A DNA stretch of 64,000 bases from Nitrosopumilus sp. (GCA_965206745.1 OZ242220.1:864001-928000); one strand, 5' to 3'; shown: positions 29,292 to 38,845, numbered from the stretch's first letter. The notes: generated by a model from the letters alone, not told the origin. Numbers and translations: made by a program.

Positions 29292-31505
29292 ATGATTCCA
29301 ACAATATCGGGAAACCCTTTGTACACAGGGCATCTCAAGGGCAACGATGAGCTGTATGTTACTAATGACCAACTCATTATTATTCATCAGAAAAAAGGTA
29401 ATCGTTTCACCATGAATTTAAGTGATATTCGATGTGCATTTCCAATATCTCATGACGTGGTCAGAATTTTTTGGAGAGCTACAAAATCTAAAGGCGATTA
29501 TATGTGGACGTATTGGAACAGATATCAAAAAGATTTCAAACTTGACCTGAAAAAATCATTTCCTGATAAAAAAGAGAGACAAAATGCCGAAAAGACTGAA
29601 TCCAAGAAACTGACAAATTTGATTTTACACGCAATTCAACAGACACATTCAATCAACAAACCAAACATGAAGGGTTATCTTGCAATGCATACTGGTGAGT
29701 ATCTGATGTCTTCTCATATGGGTCAATGCAAGTTTGGCAAGGGTGATGTGTTGATAACCAACTTGGGAGTCTATTTTGTAACCTTTGATAAGGGATTGTG
29801 TTTTGATATGCCACTGGATCTCTTGGATTCCTATGATTTCAAGAACAAGACTGTGAAAATTCACTATTATGAGCCAATGTGGCAAGATGGTCGTGATGAA
29901 ATCCATCGTAAAAATCATAATATCGAGATAAGGGTTACAGGTTCTGCTCAGGATGTAGTCTATTCAATTAGTAAAGCATGCACTGGTGGTGGTGTAAAAG
30001 AGATTCGCACACTTGCAAAATATGCTGATATATTTGGCAATATGGCCTCTGATGAGATTTATGCCCAATATTTTTCTGGAAAGCATGGTGTATTCAAGGA
30101 GATTGATGATTATCTTGCAATTCTTGCAAAGAGAAAATGGGGCGTACCTCCAACTCCTGAGATTGGCCTGCGTGATGCCAAAGTTGTTCTGGCTTGTCTC
30201 TGTGCTGGAGTTTCACTTGATGTTGCAGGAAACATGACTGCAAAAGACAAGCAGTTCAGGGAGAATATCGTCCGATATCATACTCAATATGAAGAATATA
30301 TTGGTAAATGTGGGGTCCTGTTGACTGATATAATGGATATTGTTACAAAAAACCTGGAATCTGATGATTCAGAAAAAATTCAAAAACAATGCAATCCCTT
30401 TATCATCTTTGATACCGTCAAAGAAATAGCTAAAAACGGTTCAATACCTGAATCATTTAATCCTGATTCTCTTATAGAATGGATCCAGTTCAAGAATGAA
30501 GTCAATACCAAAATCACGCAACAGAAACTGCTTACAATGCCATATGGTTATGATTTTGAATGGACTGACGACATATTTTGTCCTTGGAGTGTTGAGGATG
30601 CAAAAAGAATTGTATCTGATACGGATTTCTTGAAGATATTGAAATCTATCGAGCTCCTTAATGCACAATATCCTGACATTGATAAATTTCAACCTAGTTT
30701 CATGTATGCCAAAACATTTGAAATGGATCATTGTGAAGCGATAAAAGTCCGTGTAAGACGTGTCTATGATAGATGGTGTGAATCAAACCCATTAAGTGGC
30801 TTGACAAATCCTGCTGATAGAAAATGGGTCAAACATCTGACTGATAATCTCAATGAGACCAATTTGGAGATTAGACGAGATCACTTTGGCTCTGAACTGT
30901 CAGCTGTTGAAGAGATCAGAGACCTTGAAATGGAATCACAAAATATAAAGTCTCGACTTGAGAGAACCAAACTACCTGATAAAATTCCAGTCGATGATGT
31001 CTATGGTGATGCCTGGTTTGATCAAAACTATGGCAAATGGTTCACCACAAACCCATACTTTAGAATTGAAGAGTCTAGTTTGGCATTAATGACCCCTGAC
31101 GAATGTGAACAAACATATGGATACAGAGCTTTTGTATTTGATATCGATACCGTCAAGATGATACATGAATACCCTGCCATCTTCAATCCAAAAATTCAAT
31201 GGTGGGTTTTACTCTCCACTGTACCTGATGACAAAATCACAGAAAAGATGGTGAAAGAAAAATTCGTTTATGACACACTTCGTTATGAGGCTGTTGAATC
31301 TGATGTTAGTATCAGTAATGAAGGAACTATAGCATATGCAACTGAGAAAGAACTCTCCTTGCAAACTTTTAATGATGAAGGTCCTCTTTTACCTCTTGAT
31401 GAAAGAATTCGCCGATTCATATTCGCAGAAACTACTGGGTTCACTGTCTTGATCACAGAAGAAGATATGAAGCAAGAGAATTCTACAATCACAGATACTG
31501 TGTAA
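29292..31505 (+). CDS. Large hypothetical protein with two N-terminal PH/GRAM-like domains
   Basis: LYVTNDQLIII..KGNRF...LSDI and GDVLITNLGVYF..KGLCF..PLDLL repeated pattern; AT-richer than fusA. Confidence 0.7.
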   Translation: MIPTISGNPLYTGHLKGNDELYVTNDQLIIIHQKKGNRFTMNLSDIRCAFPISHDVVRIFWRATKSKGDYMWTYWNRYQKDFKLDLKKSFPDKKERQNAEKTESKKLTNLILHAIQQTHSINKPNMKGYLAMHTGEYLMSSHMGQCKFGKGDVLITNLGVYFVTFDKGLCFDMPLDLLDSYDFKNKTVKIHYYEPMWQDGRDEIHRKNHNIEIRVTGSAQDVVYSISKACTGGGVKEIRTLAKYADIFGNMASDEIYAQYFSGKHGVFKEIDDYLAILAKRKWGVPPTPEIGLRDAKVVLACLCAGVSLDVAGNMTAKDKQFRENIVRYHTQYEEYIGKCGVLLTDIMDIVTKNLESDDSEKIQKQCNPFIIFDTVKEIAKNGSIPESFNPDSLIEWIQFKNEVNTKITQQKLLTMPYGYDFEWTDDIFCPWSVEDAKRIVSDTDFLKILKSIELLNAQYPDIDKFQPSFMYAKTFEMDHCEAIKVRVRRVYDRWCESNPLSGLTNPADRKWVKHLTDNLNETNLEIRRDHFGSELSAVEEIRDLEMESQNIKSRLERTKLPDKIPVDDVYGDAWFDQNYGKWFTTNPYFRIEESSLALMTPDECEQTYGYRAFVFDIDTVKMIHEYPAIFNPKIQWWVLLSTVPDDKITEKMVKEKFVYDTLRYEAVESDVSISNEGTIAYATEKELSLQTFNDEGPLLPLDERIRRFIFAETTGFTVLITEEDMKQENSTITDTV

Positions 31506-31560
31506 TCTTGGAGATCTGAAATATGGATCTTATTTTGATTCAAAAAATCTCCGACTTTGA

Positions 31561-31737
31561 TCAAATACGGCGACTGATCATCGTTTGCGATCAGAGCTCG
31601 AGATCGGCCAGGGCATTCCATTGATCATCGATGATGATTCAAAAATAACAAAAATCATCGCAGAGAAAAAAGTCACACAAGGTAAGTCATTTTATGATGT
31701 AGAGATTGAACCCCTTCATCATCATAATGTTCAATAG
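31561..31737 (+). pseudogene. Possible Hint/intein-domain remnant
   Basis: Open frame without start: ATDHRL.SELEIGQGI...ITKI....FYDVEIEPLHHHNVQ*, resembling Hint blocks B, F and G. Confidence 0.35.
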
Positions 31738-32500
31738 TTGCCAAGACTGTATACAAGATACCTTGATCAAGATAAGTAGAGAATCTGGCATTACACAACT
31801 TTATGCATCTGTGACTGATTTTGCAGACTCTTTGGGATACTGTGAATACAAAATACCACTGTCCATTCAAGGCATAAAGCCAAAACCATCACAATCACTA
31901 ATCATGGGAACCAGAGCACACCGTGCAGAAGAAAAATATGAGCAAGAACACGTTGACCTAGAGCCGGTTTCAGCAGAACAGATAGAGGACAAGGAGGAAG
32001 ACATTGAATTTGCACGAGAAAACATCCACTCCACCCTGATTGTACCCTTCGAGCTTTCCTCAGAAAAGGTCCTAGTCTCACTGTCTGGAAGAATCGACAA
32101 AATTTTACGAGTCGATCAGACCCTACTAGTCCAGGATGACAAATTTACGGCAAGACCTCAAAGTTATGACTCTAAGGTGCAGCCATACCCTGGTCAGCTA
32201 CTGCAGGTTTTGGCATATCTGAACTCTAGTTACTCTGCCAAGAGAAATGCCGGTCCTGAGGATTACTTTGAGATGCCCCACACGCAAAAGAGATGGCAGA
32301 TCAGAATCTGTGACAGAAAGACCCGGGAGCCGTACAAGGTATTCTCAGAGATGCAGGATGCCTTTTCACTCCACTATCTGCATGCATCCCTGGAGAAATT
32401 TGCAAAAATATCCCTTGGAATTGTATCACCTGAGCACCACAACAGCGTGCCAAAGTGCAATGCATGTAGTTTAAAGTCCTCCTGTGATTACAGGCTTTAG
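31706..32500 (+). CDS. Solo Cas4-like PD-(D/E)xK nuclease with predicted 4Fe-4S cluster
   Basis: N-terminal YCEYK, G..AH, GRIDKI...QDDKF, QVLAY, C-terminal CNACSLKSSC; start may be TTG 31763. Confidence 0.85.
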   Translation: MNPFIIIMFNSCQDCIQDTLIKISRESGITQLYASVTDFADSLGYCEYKIPLSIQGIKPKPSQSLIMGTRAHRAEEKYEQEHVDLEPVSAEQIEDKEEDIEFARENIHSTLIVPFELSSEKVLVSLSGRIDKILRVDQTLLVQDDKFTARPQSYDSKVQPYPGQLLQVLAYLNSSYSAKRNAGPEDYFEMPHTQKRWQIRICDRKTREPYKVFSEMQDAFSLHYLHASLEKFAKISLGIVSPEHHNSVPKCNACSLKSSCDYRL

Positions 32501-32623
32501 AAAATTATGTTGGACTCTTTTGCAGGTTTTGATCACAAATGATGGTCTGTTTGCTGTAACTAGAACTGTTACATGCTTTCTGAGTGTCGGGCCCAAATGT
32601 CATTGGGTTGTATTCATCACAAA

Positions 32624-33220
32624 CTACGCCTTGTTTGATTTCCTCTGTTCGATTCTTCGCTGTTTGTCACGATGCTTTTTACGATATTTTGCTACCTTCT
32701 CCCTGTTTTCCTGAGCCCATTTTTTCACATATCTTGCTATCTTCTTCTTGTGTTTTTCCCTGTATTCTTTTCCATACTCTATGAGTTTCTCTTTATTTTT
32801 TACTTGCCATTTTTTGCTATACCTTGCCATCTTTGTTTTGTTTTTCTTCATGTACTTTTGATGGGCTATTCTGTATGCCTCTCTGTTTTTCTTGCCATAT
32901 TTTTTATGATATTTTGCAATCTTCTCCCTGTGTTCCTTCCTGTATTCTTTGTGGTATTTTTCTAATCTCTTCTTGTGTTTCTGACGGTATCTTTTATGAT
33001 ACTTTAGCATCTTTTTCTCGTTTTTTTGAAACCATTCTTTCTGATATTCTGCTATTCTCTTTTTATTTTTCTTAACCCATTTTTTGCGATATCTTGATAT
33101 CTTGTCCGGGTTTTTCTTGGCCCACTCTTTCTGATATTTTGCCAGCTTCTCCTTGTTCTTTTTCTTGTATTCTTTGGCGTATTTTCTCCTCTTCTCTTTG
33201 TCATATTTGGCTTTTTTCAT
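32624..33220 (-). CDS. Highly basic protein made of twelve 15-aa repeats
   Basis: Consensus KEK[ILM]AKYxK[EK][WY]xKK[NH] repeated 12 times with diverged DNA. Confidence 0.8.
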   Translation of the reverse strand: MKKAKYDKEKRRKYAKEYKKKNKEKLAKYQKEWAKKNPDKISRYRKKWVKKNKKRIAEYQKEWFQKNEKKMLKYHKRYRQKHKKRLEKYHKEYRKEHREKIAKYHKKYGKKNREAYRIAHQKYMKKNKTKMARYSKKWQVKNKEKLIEYGKEYREKHKKKIARYVKKWAQENREKVAKYRKKHRDKQRRIEQRKSNKA

Positions 33221-33493
33221 GCAATAATCCCTCCAAACATCATCAAAAAGCGCCTACATTTAACACAAAAAATTTGATCAATCTCCGTTATCTTAACCTA
33301 ACCTCTGCAATTGTAGCAGACTCAGATTTTTTGAATATTGTATGTGAACTAGCATGAGAATGTGGATTAAAACAGATTAATCGTTTTGGCGGCGCTGCAA
33401 TTGTGCTTATAATCTTGTAGGTATATTTGATATTCATATATGGTATGTAATGTACACACTCCTACTTAAAATTATGTAATATTATGGGAATAC

Positions 33494-33724
33494 GTGGCTC
33501 GAAAGCTAAAGATCACTATTTCAGTTGATGACAAATTACTAACGTGGCTAGACAAGGAGATAGAGAAGAACAGGTTTTGGAGTCGCAGCCACGGATTCAG
33601 TTTGGGCTTGGCAAAATTAATGGATGAAACCCTACGCGAGGTCAAAGATGTCAAGCGATTTGATGGCGACCCACTTGATGCCAAACGGTGGGAACGTGAT
33701 CTTGATCAAAAAATACCAAAGTAA
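33494..33724 (+). CDS. Ribbon-helix-helix (CopG/MetJ) regulator
   Basis: KITISVDDKLLTWLDKEI....SRSH. Confidence 0.85.
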   Translation: MARKLKITISVDDKLLTWLDKEIEKNRFWSRSHGFSLGLAKLMDETLREVKDVKRFDGDPLDAKRWERDLDQKIPK

Positions 33725-33859
33725 AAGAGTTTGGATGGGGCCTGTAAATGCTGGAATTTGATTTAAAGCACTCACACATCTTTAATGCGGTTTGTCAAAT
33801 CAAAATTGATGCTGAAACTAGGATAAAATAGCAGACAGTAACTTTCATTTTTATACTTG

Positions 33860-34999
33860 TCATGTCTTTGCAATTGCGTCGTGCTTTACAGCAGGTTCTC
33901 TGAGATGCGCAGTCCCCCTGTTTGTTTTATAGCTGCCAGCAGAACTGTCAATTGCAGTGGCATACAAATCCTTGGGGTCAATTCCAGTCTGCTCACTTGA
34001 TGCCTTTTTGCTCTTTTTGCCACTCCACACAAAAAAGCCGGCAGCTACTGCAACGCCCATCCCTGACACTGCATAGATTATTGGAACCTGGGGGTCATCG
34101 GCTGAAGATATGGGTGCCACATCATCAGTTACAAGAAATGCCTCTGTATTTTTGATATAACTCTCCTGCACATACCCTTCCATCTCTATGGTTCCATCAT
34201 CTTGGGATTCTATGAAGCGTACTAGATATTCCTCCCCGTCAATCTCAAATGGTATCGTATGCTCCCTGTCTTGGCAGACTCCCAGGTATACGGTGCAAAT
34301 TCCCATCGAGTAGTTTGTGACTATCGTGCCTGAGAATGCAAATCTTGCAGACTCGCTCATCTTTGCCGTAGGATCAAATATTGACTCCCATTTTGAAAGC
34401 GGCAGCTCCAAGAGGCCTGAGGCATCAAGCAATCTCAAATCCAACTGCTCTATCACATCGGACTCTGAGAGATATTCTGTCACCTGTGGCATCTTGACAA
34501 ACGCAGAGATTGGGGAGTTGATATCAAATGTGCCAAACTCAGTCTCTATTGGGACCATTCCCTCGATATCAAATCCCCTCCACTGCGAATCAAGTACCGA
34601 GTCTGTGACAAAATGACCCTGCATGGTTGGGCGTAGTACTATCTTGTATTCCACTGATGCTGACTCTGCCTGTGGCGTAATTACAGCCGAGTACTCCCCG
34701 GAAATACCAGTCACCCTGACAAATGACTTCTCTTGAAGTTCAGAGTTTATCGCATCACTTAGTATCTCTCCGTTTTGAGAGTCAATATCAAATGTTACTA
34801 TCTGCTGAGACTCTCCAAACAACTCTGCTAGCTTGCTCTGCTCGGGATACTGAAACGATACAACTCTTGTAAACGTGTAAACTGGTACAAACTCTTCAGA
34901 GTTCTTTGGGATTGCGACATCCAGCTGGACTGCATGTGCCGGGATGAGAAAAGCAATCATGGCCAGCATGACTCCCATTGAGAGATACCTTGCCTGCAT
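33860..34999 (-). CDS. Conserved thaumarchaeal secreted/membrane-anchored protein
   Basis: Signal peptide, C-terminal TM helix and QTGIDP..L....TNRG motif. Confidence 0.8.
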   Translation of the reverse strand: MQARYLSMGVMLAMIAFLIPAHAVQLDVAIPKNSEEFVPVYTFTRVVSFQYPEQSKLAELFGESQQIVTFDIDSQNGEILSDAINSELQEKSFVRVTGISGEYSAVITPQAESASVEYKIVLRPTMQGHFVTDSVLDSQWRGFDIEGMVPIETEFGTFDINSPISAFVKMPQVTEYLSESDVIEQLDLRLLDASGLLELPLSKWESIFDPTAKMSESARFAFSGTIVTNYSMGICTVYLGVCQDREHTIPFEIDGEEYLVRFIESQDDGTIEMEGYVQESYIKNTEAFLVTDDVAPISSADDPQVPIIYAVSGMGVAVAAGFFVWSGKKSKKASSEQTGIDPKDLYATAIDSSAGSYKTNRGTAHLREPAVKHDAIAKT

Positions 35000-35099
35000 G
35001 TATTGTATAACACTGTCATTCTATAAAACAAGAATGAGGGATTATCTTCTTTGGGAAACCGCACCTGTTTTTTTATATCATTTGCATCATTGCATATTC

Positions 35100-35399
35100 A
35101 TGCAAAAAATCAGAATCCTTTCTGGACTGTTTGTTGTCGCACTAGCGATTGCACTTGTGCAACCTGCTTTTGCACAGTATGACGTCTCAGATAGTGGAAT
35201 ATACCAAGCAATGGAGGCCTCAAAGAACAAGGTTGCACTTGCAACCAGTGATGACGCGCTAGGTTCTGGCACCCCGATCTTTGCTGCAGACGGAGTACTT
35301 GGAGCATCGATTCTCTCAGCGGGAATCTTTGGAGGAATAGCCGGAATGCTGTTTGTCCGAGGCAGAAAGGGCAAGTATGCCGCAATGGGCAGGGGATGA
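35100..35399 (+). CDS. Small secreted/membrane protein
   Basis: Signal peptide (..PAFAQ), GSGTP..AADG, TM helix, GKYAAMGRG tail; ATG 35100 preferred. Confidence 0.8.
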   Translation: MQKIRILSGLFVVALAIALVQPAFAQYDVSDSGIYQAMEASKNKVALATSDDALGSGTPIFAADGVLGASILSAGIFGGIAGMLFVRGRKGKYAAMGRG

Positions 35400-35489
35400 T
35401 CTCCTCTTTTTGTGCCTGATTCTCCCTGATTATTTAAGGAAAATTATTTTTCTCAAATAAAGTAAAAATAGTATTTCTTAAGTATCATT

Positions 35490-36017
35490 TTGACGTATTG
35501 TATGGTGATGCCAAACCAGTTCTCTCAACTATTGTGCATGGATACAATAAGAAATGCAAATAACCATCTTGAGCCTGGGGAACGTACCATGCTTGCTTGC
35601 AAGAACAAGCTCCCAGAATCCAGCGTAAAGGCCGCATTGTCAATACTCAAAGATCACGATTATGCCCTATGGATTGAGCTTCACGAGCACAACCTGGCTG
35701 AAAAGATCATCGGAATATACTCTGATTCGGTAAAGCGCCATATTCTTTTGCTAATAGACAAGCCTATTTCAAAAGACGAGTTGCTCAACCAGTGTGGGGC
35801 TTCACAGTCCTCGGCATATAGAAAGTTCAACGAGCTGTTGCAAGATGGCTTTATTCTGCCGGTGGGATACACAAAGTCTGGAAAACGCATACGACTGTAT
35901 GACAAAACAATCACAAAGGCTGAGTTTAGCGTTTCCACAAAAGTAAGCCAAATCAGACTTCAGGTGAACCTGACACGTTTGCCAAAACGTCCAATAGGAG
36001 AGCCCGTTTATCCATGA
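35490..36017 (+). CDS. ArsR-like winged-HTH regulator
   Basis: KPISKDELL...SQSSAYRKFNELLQDGFI. Confidence 0.75.
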   Translation: MTYCMVMPNQFSQLLCMDTIRNANNHLEPGERTMLACKNKLPESSVKAALSILKDHDYALWIELHEHNLAEKIIGIYSDSVKRHILLLIDKPISKDELLNQCGASQSSAYRKFNELLQDGFILPVGYTKSGKRIRLYDKTITKAEFSVSTKVSQIRLQVNLTRLPKRPIGEPVYP

Positions 36018-36598
36018 CCTCGATGGAGACTCTCCTTGCCACCTCTTTTGAAAAAAAGTTTTCAGATTTTGTCGGGGATGTGGAAATTGCAAAGATCAAG
36101 GATACCGTTTTTGAACAGTACCACATGACCCTGTTATCATCCATTAAGGATTTTGAAAAGTTCCAATCCATCACAGGCCAGGTCTTGGGCGACGTTGGAA
36201 CGCCGCTGATAAAAAAGACCCTGGAATCCATCTGCTGCCTTGAATCAAAGTCAGAGCACGTCCTTGAGATCAAAGACGAATCCCTAAAGACTGCAATCCT
36301 TACATCCTTTGAGGATGACGTAAAAAAACAGATTCTAGACATCGCATTTGACTATCCTCTAACCCTGTGGGAGATTGCATCTAGGACCAACATCGAACCC
36401 GGCATTCTCTCACAGAACATATCACAACTGATATCTCACGGCCTGCTTGCAACAAGTGATTTGGAGGATTCTGAAAAGAACAAAAAATACTGTTCTGTAA
36501 TAGACAACTTTTCAGTCAAGATTCAAGGTGATGAATTTCACATGTATGTTACAATCAACGAGATTGCAAATACGGATCCTCTAAGAATCGTCTGCTAG
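36014..36598 (+). CDS. ArsR-like winged-HTH regulator
   Basis: DDVKKQILD...PLTLWEIA...NISQLISHGLL; coupled to the previous gene. Confidence 0.75.
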   Translation: MTSMETLLATSFEKKFSDFVGDVEIAKIKDTVFEQYHMTLLSSIKDFEKFQSITGQVLGDVGTPLIKKTLESICCLESKSEHVLEIKDESLKTAILTSFEDDVKKQILDIAFDYPLTLWEIASRTNIEPGILSQNISQLISHGLLATSDLEDSEKNKKYCSVIDNFSVKIQGDEFHMYVTINEIANTDPLRIVC

Positions 36599-36755
36599 TG
36601 CGGTTTTAGTTTCATGCCTACTGGCATTCCAATCTTGGCTGAATGTTGCTGGCAAAGATGCCTCAAAAAATGACTTGACTGCAGGCAGATTATCTGCACT
36701 GTTCCAGTCCGATATCCATTAATAGTTGACCTGTATAATCTAGGTTGACCTAGAT

Positions 36756-37337
36756 ATGACAAGTCAATCTGAGCCCAACTCTGAATCATCTGAGCGTGAA
36801 CGAATCGTATTTGAGTTCATACGTGATAATCCCAATCTGCATCATAACGGGCTGATAAAGCTGATTGTTCCAGAATTTATGGCAAAGACTACCTTTGAGA
36901 AAACCCGTGACTCCCTATTGGAGAAGCAAGTAATCTCCGTGACTGCTCGCAGAAACATGAAGTTCTATTCTCCTGCTGAAAATTATGAGGCAAGACTCTA
37001 CCATCGCATCGAGATGCATGCCAACTCCTCTTACCATGACTTGAAACTGAGAATCAAAAAATTGGGCAGCGACTATTCCCACAAGGATGCAGATGAAAAG
37101 ATCTCATTGGCAACACTGATACTACAAAATTTGATTCGCACAGATGGCGGATTTACATTGCTGGATTCTGCAAAAAACCCGAAAAAGACGCTATACCGTG
37201 ATGAGCACCTGACTATACAGCAGCTGATCAACTACATCTTTGAACTGGTGCGAAATGACAGGGATTTTGAGATCATCTTTCCTGCCATCATTGGCAATCT
37301 GGGAACAATGGTGCCTCAGGGCAGTTTGGATAAATAG
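36756..37337 (+). CDS. Hypothetical protein with N-terminal wHTH
   Basis: IVFEFIRDNPNLHHNGL...MAKTTFEK..DSLLEK. Confidence 0.75.
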   Translation: MTSQSEPNSESSERERIVFEFIRDNPNLHHNGLIKLIVPEFMAKTTFEKTRDSLLEKQVISVTARRNMKFYSPAENYEARLYHRIEMHANSSYHDLKLRIKKLGSDYSHKDADEKISLATLILQNLIRTDGGFTLLDSAKNPKKTLYRDEHLTIQQLINYIFELVRNDRDFEIIFPAIIGNLGTMVPQGSLDK

Positions 37338-37363
37338 GACTTTATCTAGTTATTTATTCGGGC

Positions 37364-37621
37364 TTGTCATATCAGATTCAAATGGGTTTGCTGTATACCA
37401 AATTTTACATGGATTTTGAGGATGATGAGTGGAGCCAAATCTCAAATGATCCCATCATCTTTCAGACCATCAAAGATGACGTGAATCTTGAGATTGAAGA
37501 CTCGTCGCTCAAGTCCTACAAGCTCATGTTCAAGAAAGGTGGCAAGATTCACATGTTTAGGGTCACCGGCAAGTTTCGCCTAACGTGGGATGATGAGGAC
37601 CTGCTCAACTCTATAAAATAA
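37364..37621 (+). CDS. Conserved hypothetical protein
   Basis: Clean ORF; start possibly ATG 37382. Confidence 0.7.
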   Translation: MSYQIQMGLLYTKFYMDFEDDEWSQISNDPIIFQTIKDDVNLEIEDSSLKSYKLMFKKGGKIHMFRVTGKFRLTWDDEDLLNSIK

Positions 37622-37646
37622 TAATGGGAATATCTCACAAAATGAC

Positions 37647-37877
37647 ATGTCCCTAGAGGAAGAAATCAGGATGATTCTAGATGATTTTGAATCTGTAAAA
37701 TCCCAAAAGATTGTTGATACTTTGAGTCAGATCAAGCCCCATTTCAAAAATGATCTGATTTCAGAATATCTGCAGGGAAAGATCCAAAAAATCCTGGATT
37801 CTGCAGACGAGTCCGATAGAAAGATACAATGTAAAGCACTGATGCCCTATTTTGACTGGTACCTGCAAGGGCTGTAG
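37647..37877 (+). CDS. Conserved hypothetical protein
   Basis: Clean helical ORF ending PYFDWYLQGL. Confidence 0.7.
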   Translation: MSLEEEIRMILDDFESVKSQKIVDTLSQIKPHFKNDLISEYLQGKIQKILDSADESDRKIQCKALMPYFDWYLQGL

Positions 37878-37879
37878 GT

Positions 37880-38305
37880 TTAATCTGAAAAATTATTTAT
37901 TTTTGCCAGTGCCGTCTTGATGGTCTCCAGATCCCTTCTTCCCTGAATCATGTCCCCCACCAATCTGATATAGTACTCGTGTCCGATGTCTTCTGCCTTG
38001 TGAATGTCTGACTCGTAGCACGACAGAGCCCTTTCCAGAAACTCTTTTTCGTCTCTTAGTTTGGCCATATCTTTGGTGCTTTGCAGGCCGGAGTGAATCT
38101 TTTTGATTACCTCGCTGATTTTTGGGACCGTCTTTCTTGCCTGCTCATTTAAAACAGATGAAAACATCCCTGGCGAGTCTTTTATCTCTGGGCTGCCGCT
38201 GAGTGTCTTTAATCTGTTTTTGTAGTGTGTCAGTGACTTTAAAATTATCTCATAGCCTCCCTCATCTTTGAGGTATATCGCCCCTAGCCAAATTTTTCCA
38301 GCCAT
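37880..38305 (-). CDS. Conserved hypothetical protein
   Basis: Clean ORF with upstream TATA-like element. Confidence 0.7.
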   Translation of the reverse strand: MAGKIWLGAIYLKDEGGYEIILKSLTHYKNRLKTLSGSPEIKDSPGMFSSVLNEQARKTVPKISEVIKKIHSGLQSTKDMAKLRDEKEFLERALSCYESDIHKAEDIGHEYYIRLVGDMIQGRRDLETIKTALAKINNFSD

Positions 38306-38395
38306 GTGTCATTGTGATTTGTCCGAGTTATAATTTAGTTTTTAATTTTGCAAGCGATTTTGGTTTGATCCTCCTGTAATCTGTGGGCTCAAACG

Positions 38396-38611
38396 TCAGT
38401 TCTCTCTGATTGCCGGCTCGTTCTTGCTGATAAGGTACAGCAAAACGCCTGCAAGGCAGACCCCCATCCCGCTGATGCCTCCAAACGTGCCTACATTTTT
38501 GATGAATCGCAGTTCCTGGTTTGACTCTCCCAGTTCAATTGAATAAAACATTATCAGACCAGTTCCAAACATGATGATACCCACGATGATTATTCCGATG
38601 GACATCTTCAT
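38396..38611 (-). CDS. Small two-TM membrane protein
   Basis: Two hydrophobic helices. Confidence 0.7.
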   Translation of the reverse strand: MKMSIGIIIVGIIMFGTGLIMFYSIELGESNQELRFIKNVGTFGGISGMGVCLAGVLLYLISKNEPAIREN

Positions 38612-38845
38612 ACCCTCTCTGATTTGTTCTGATTAATAAACGGCAAAAATGCATTCCCGGTGAGCAGATCCTCAAAAATATCTGTTCCTGATTTATCTGC
38701 CAAGATTACAACTTGGAAGTGTTGCTAAACGGTACGGGATCTAAAATTCAAATCCGATCTCAAAAGTATGGTTGGCAAAGATCAAACGTGTTTACTCAAT
38801 TGAGCATGGCTCCAAAGGGATGGGCATGTCTTTTTTGAAAACATC

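Noticed and set aside
31706-32500. CRISPR-Cas adaptation locus or casposon
   Set aside because: No cas1/cas2, array, PolB or terminal inverted repeats found in the window.
32584-33357. Phe/Leu/Cys-rich plus-strand ORFs
   Set aside because: Antisense shadows of the Lys-rich repeat gene.
33444-33480. TATGTAAT direct repeat flanking the RHH promoter
   Set aside because: Plausible autoregulatory operator, but too short and AT-rich to support.
18400-33860. tRNA-anchored att sites or integrase for the islands
   Set aside because: No tRNA, integrase or flanking direct repeat was recognised.
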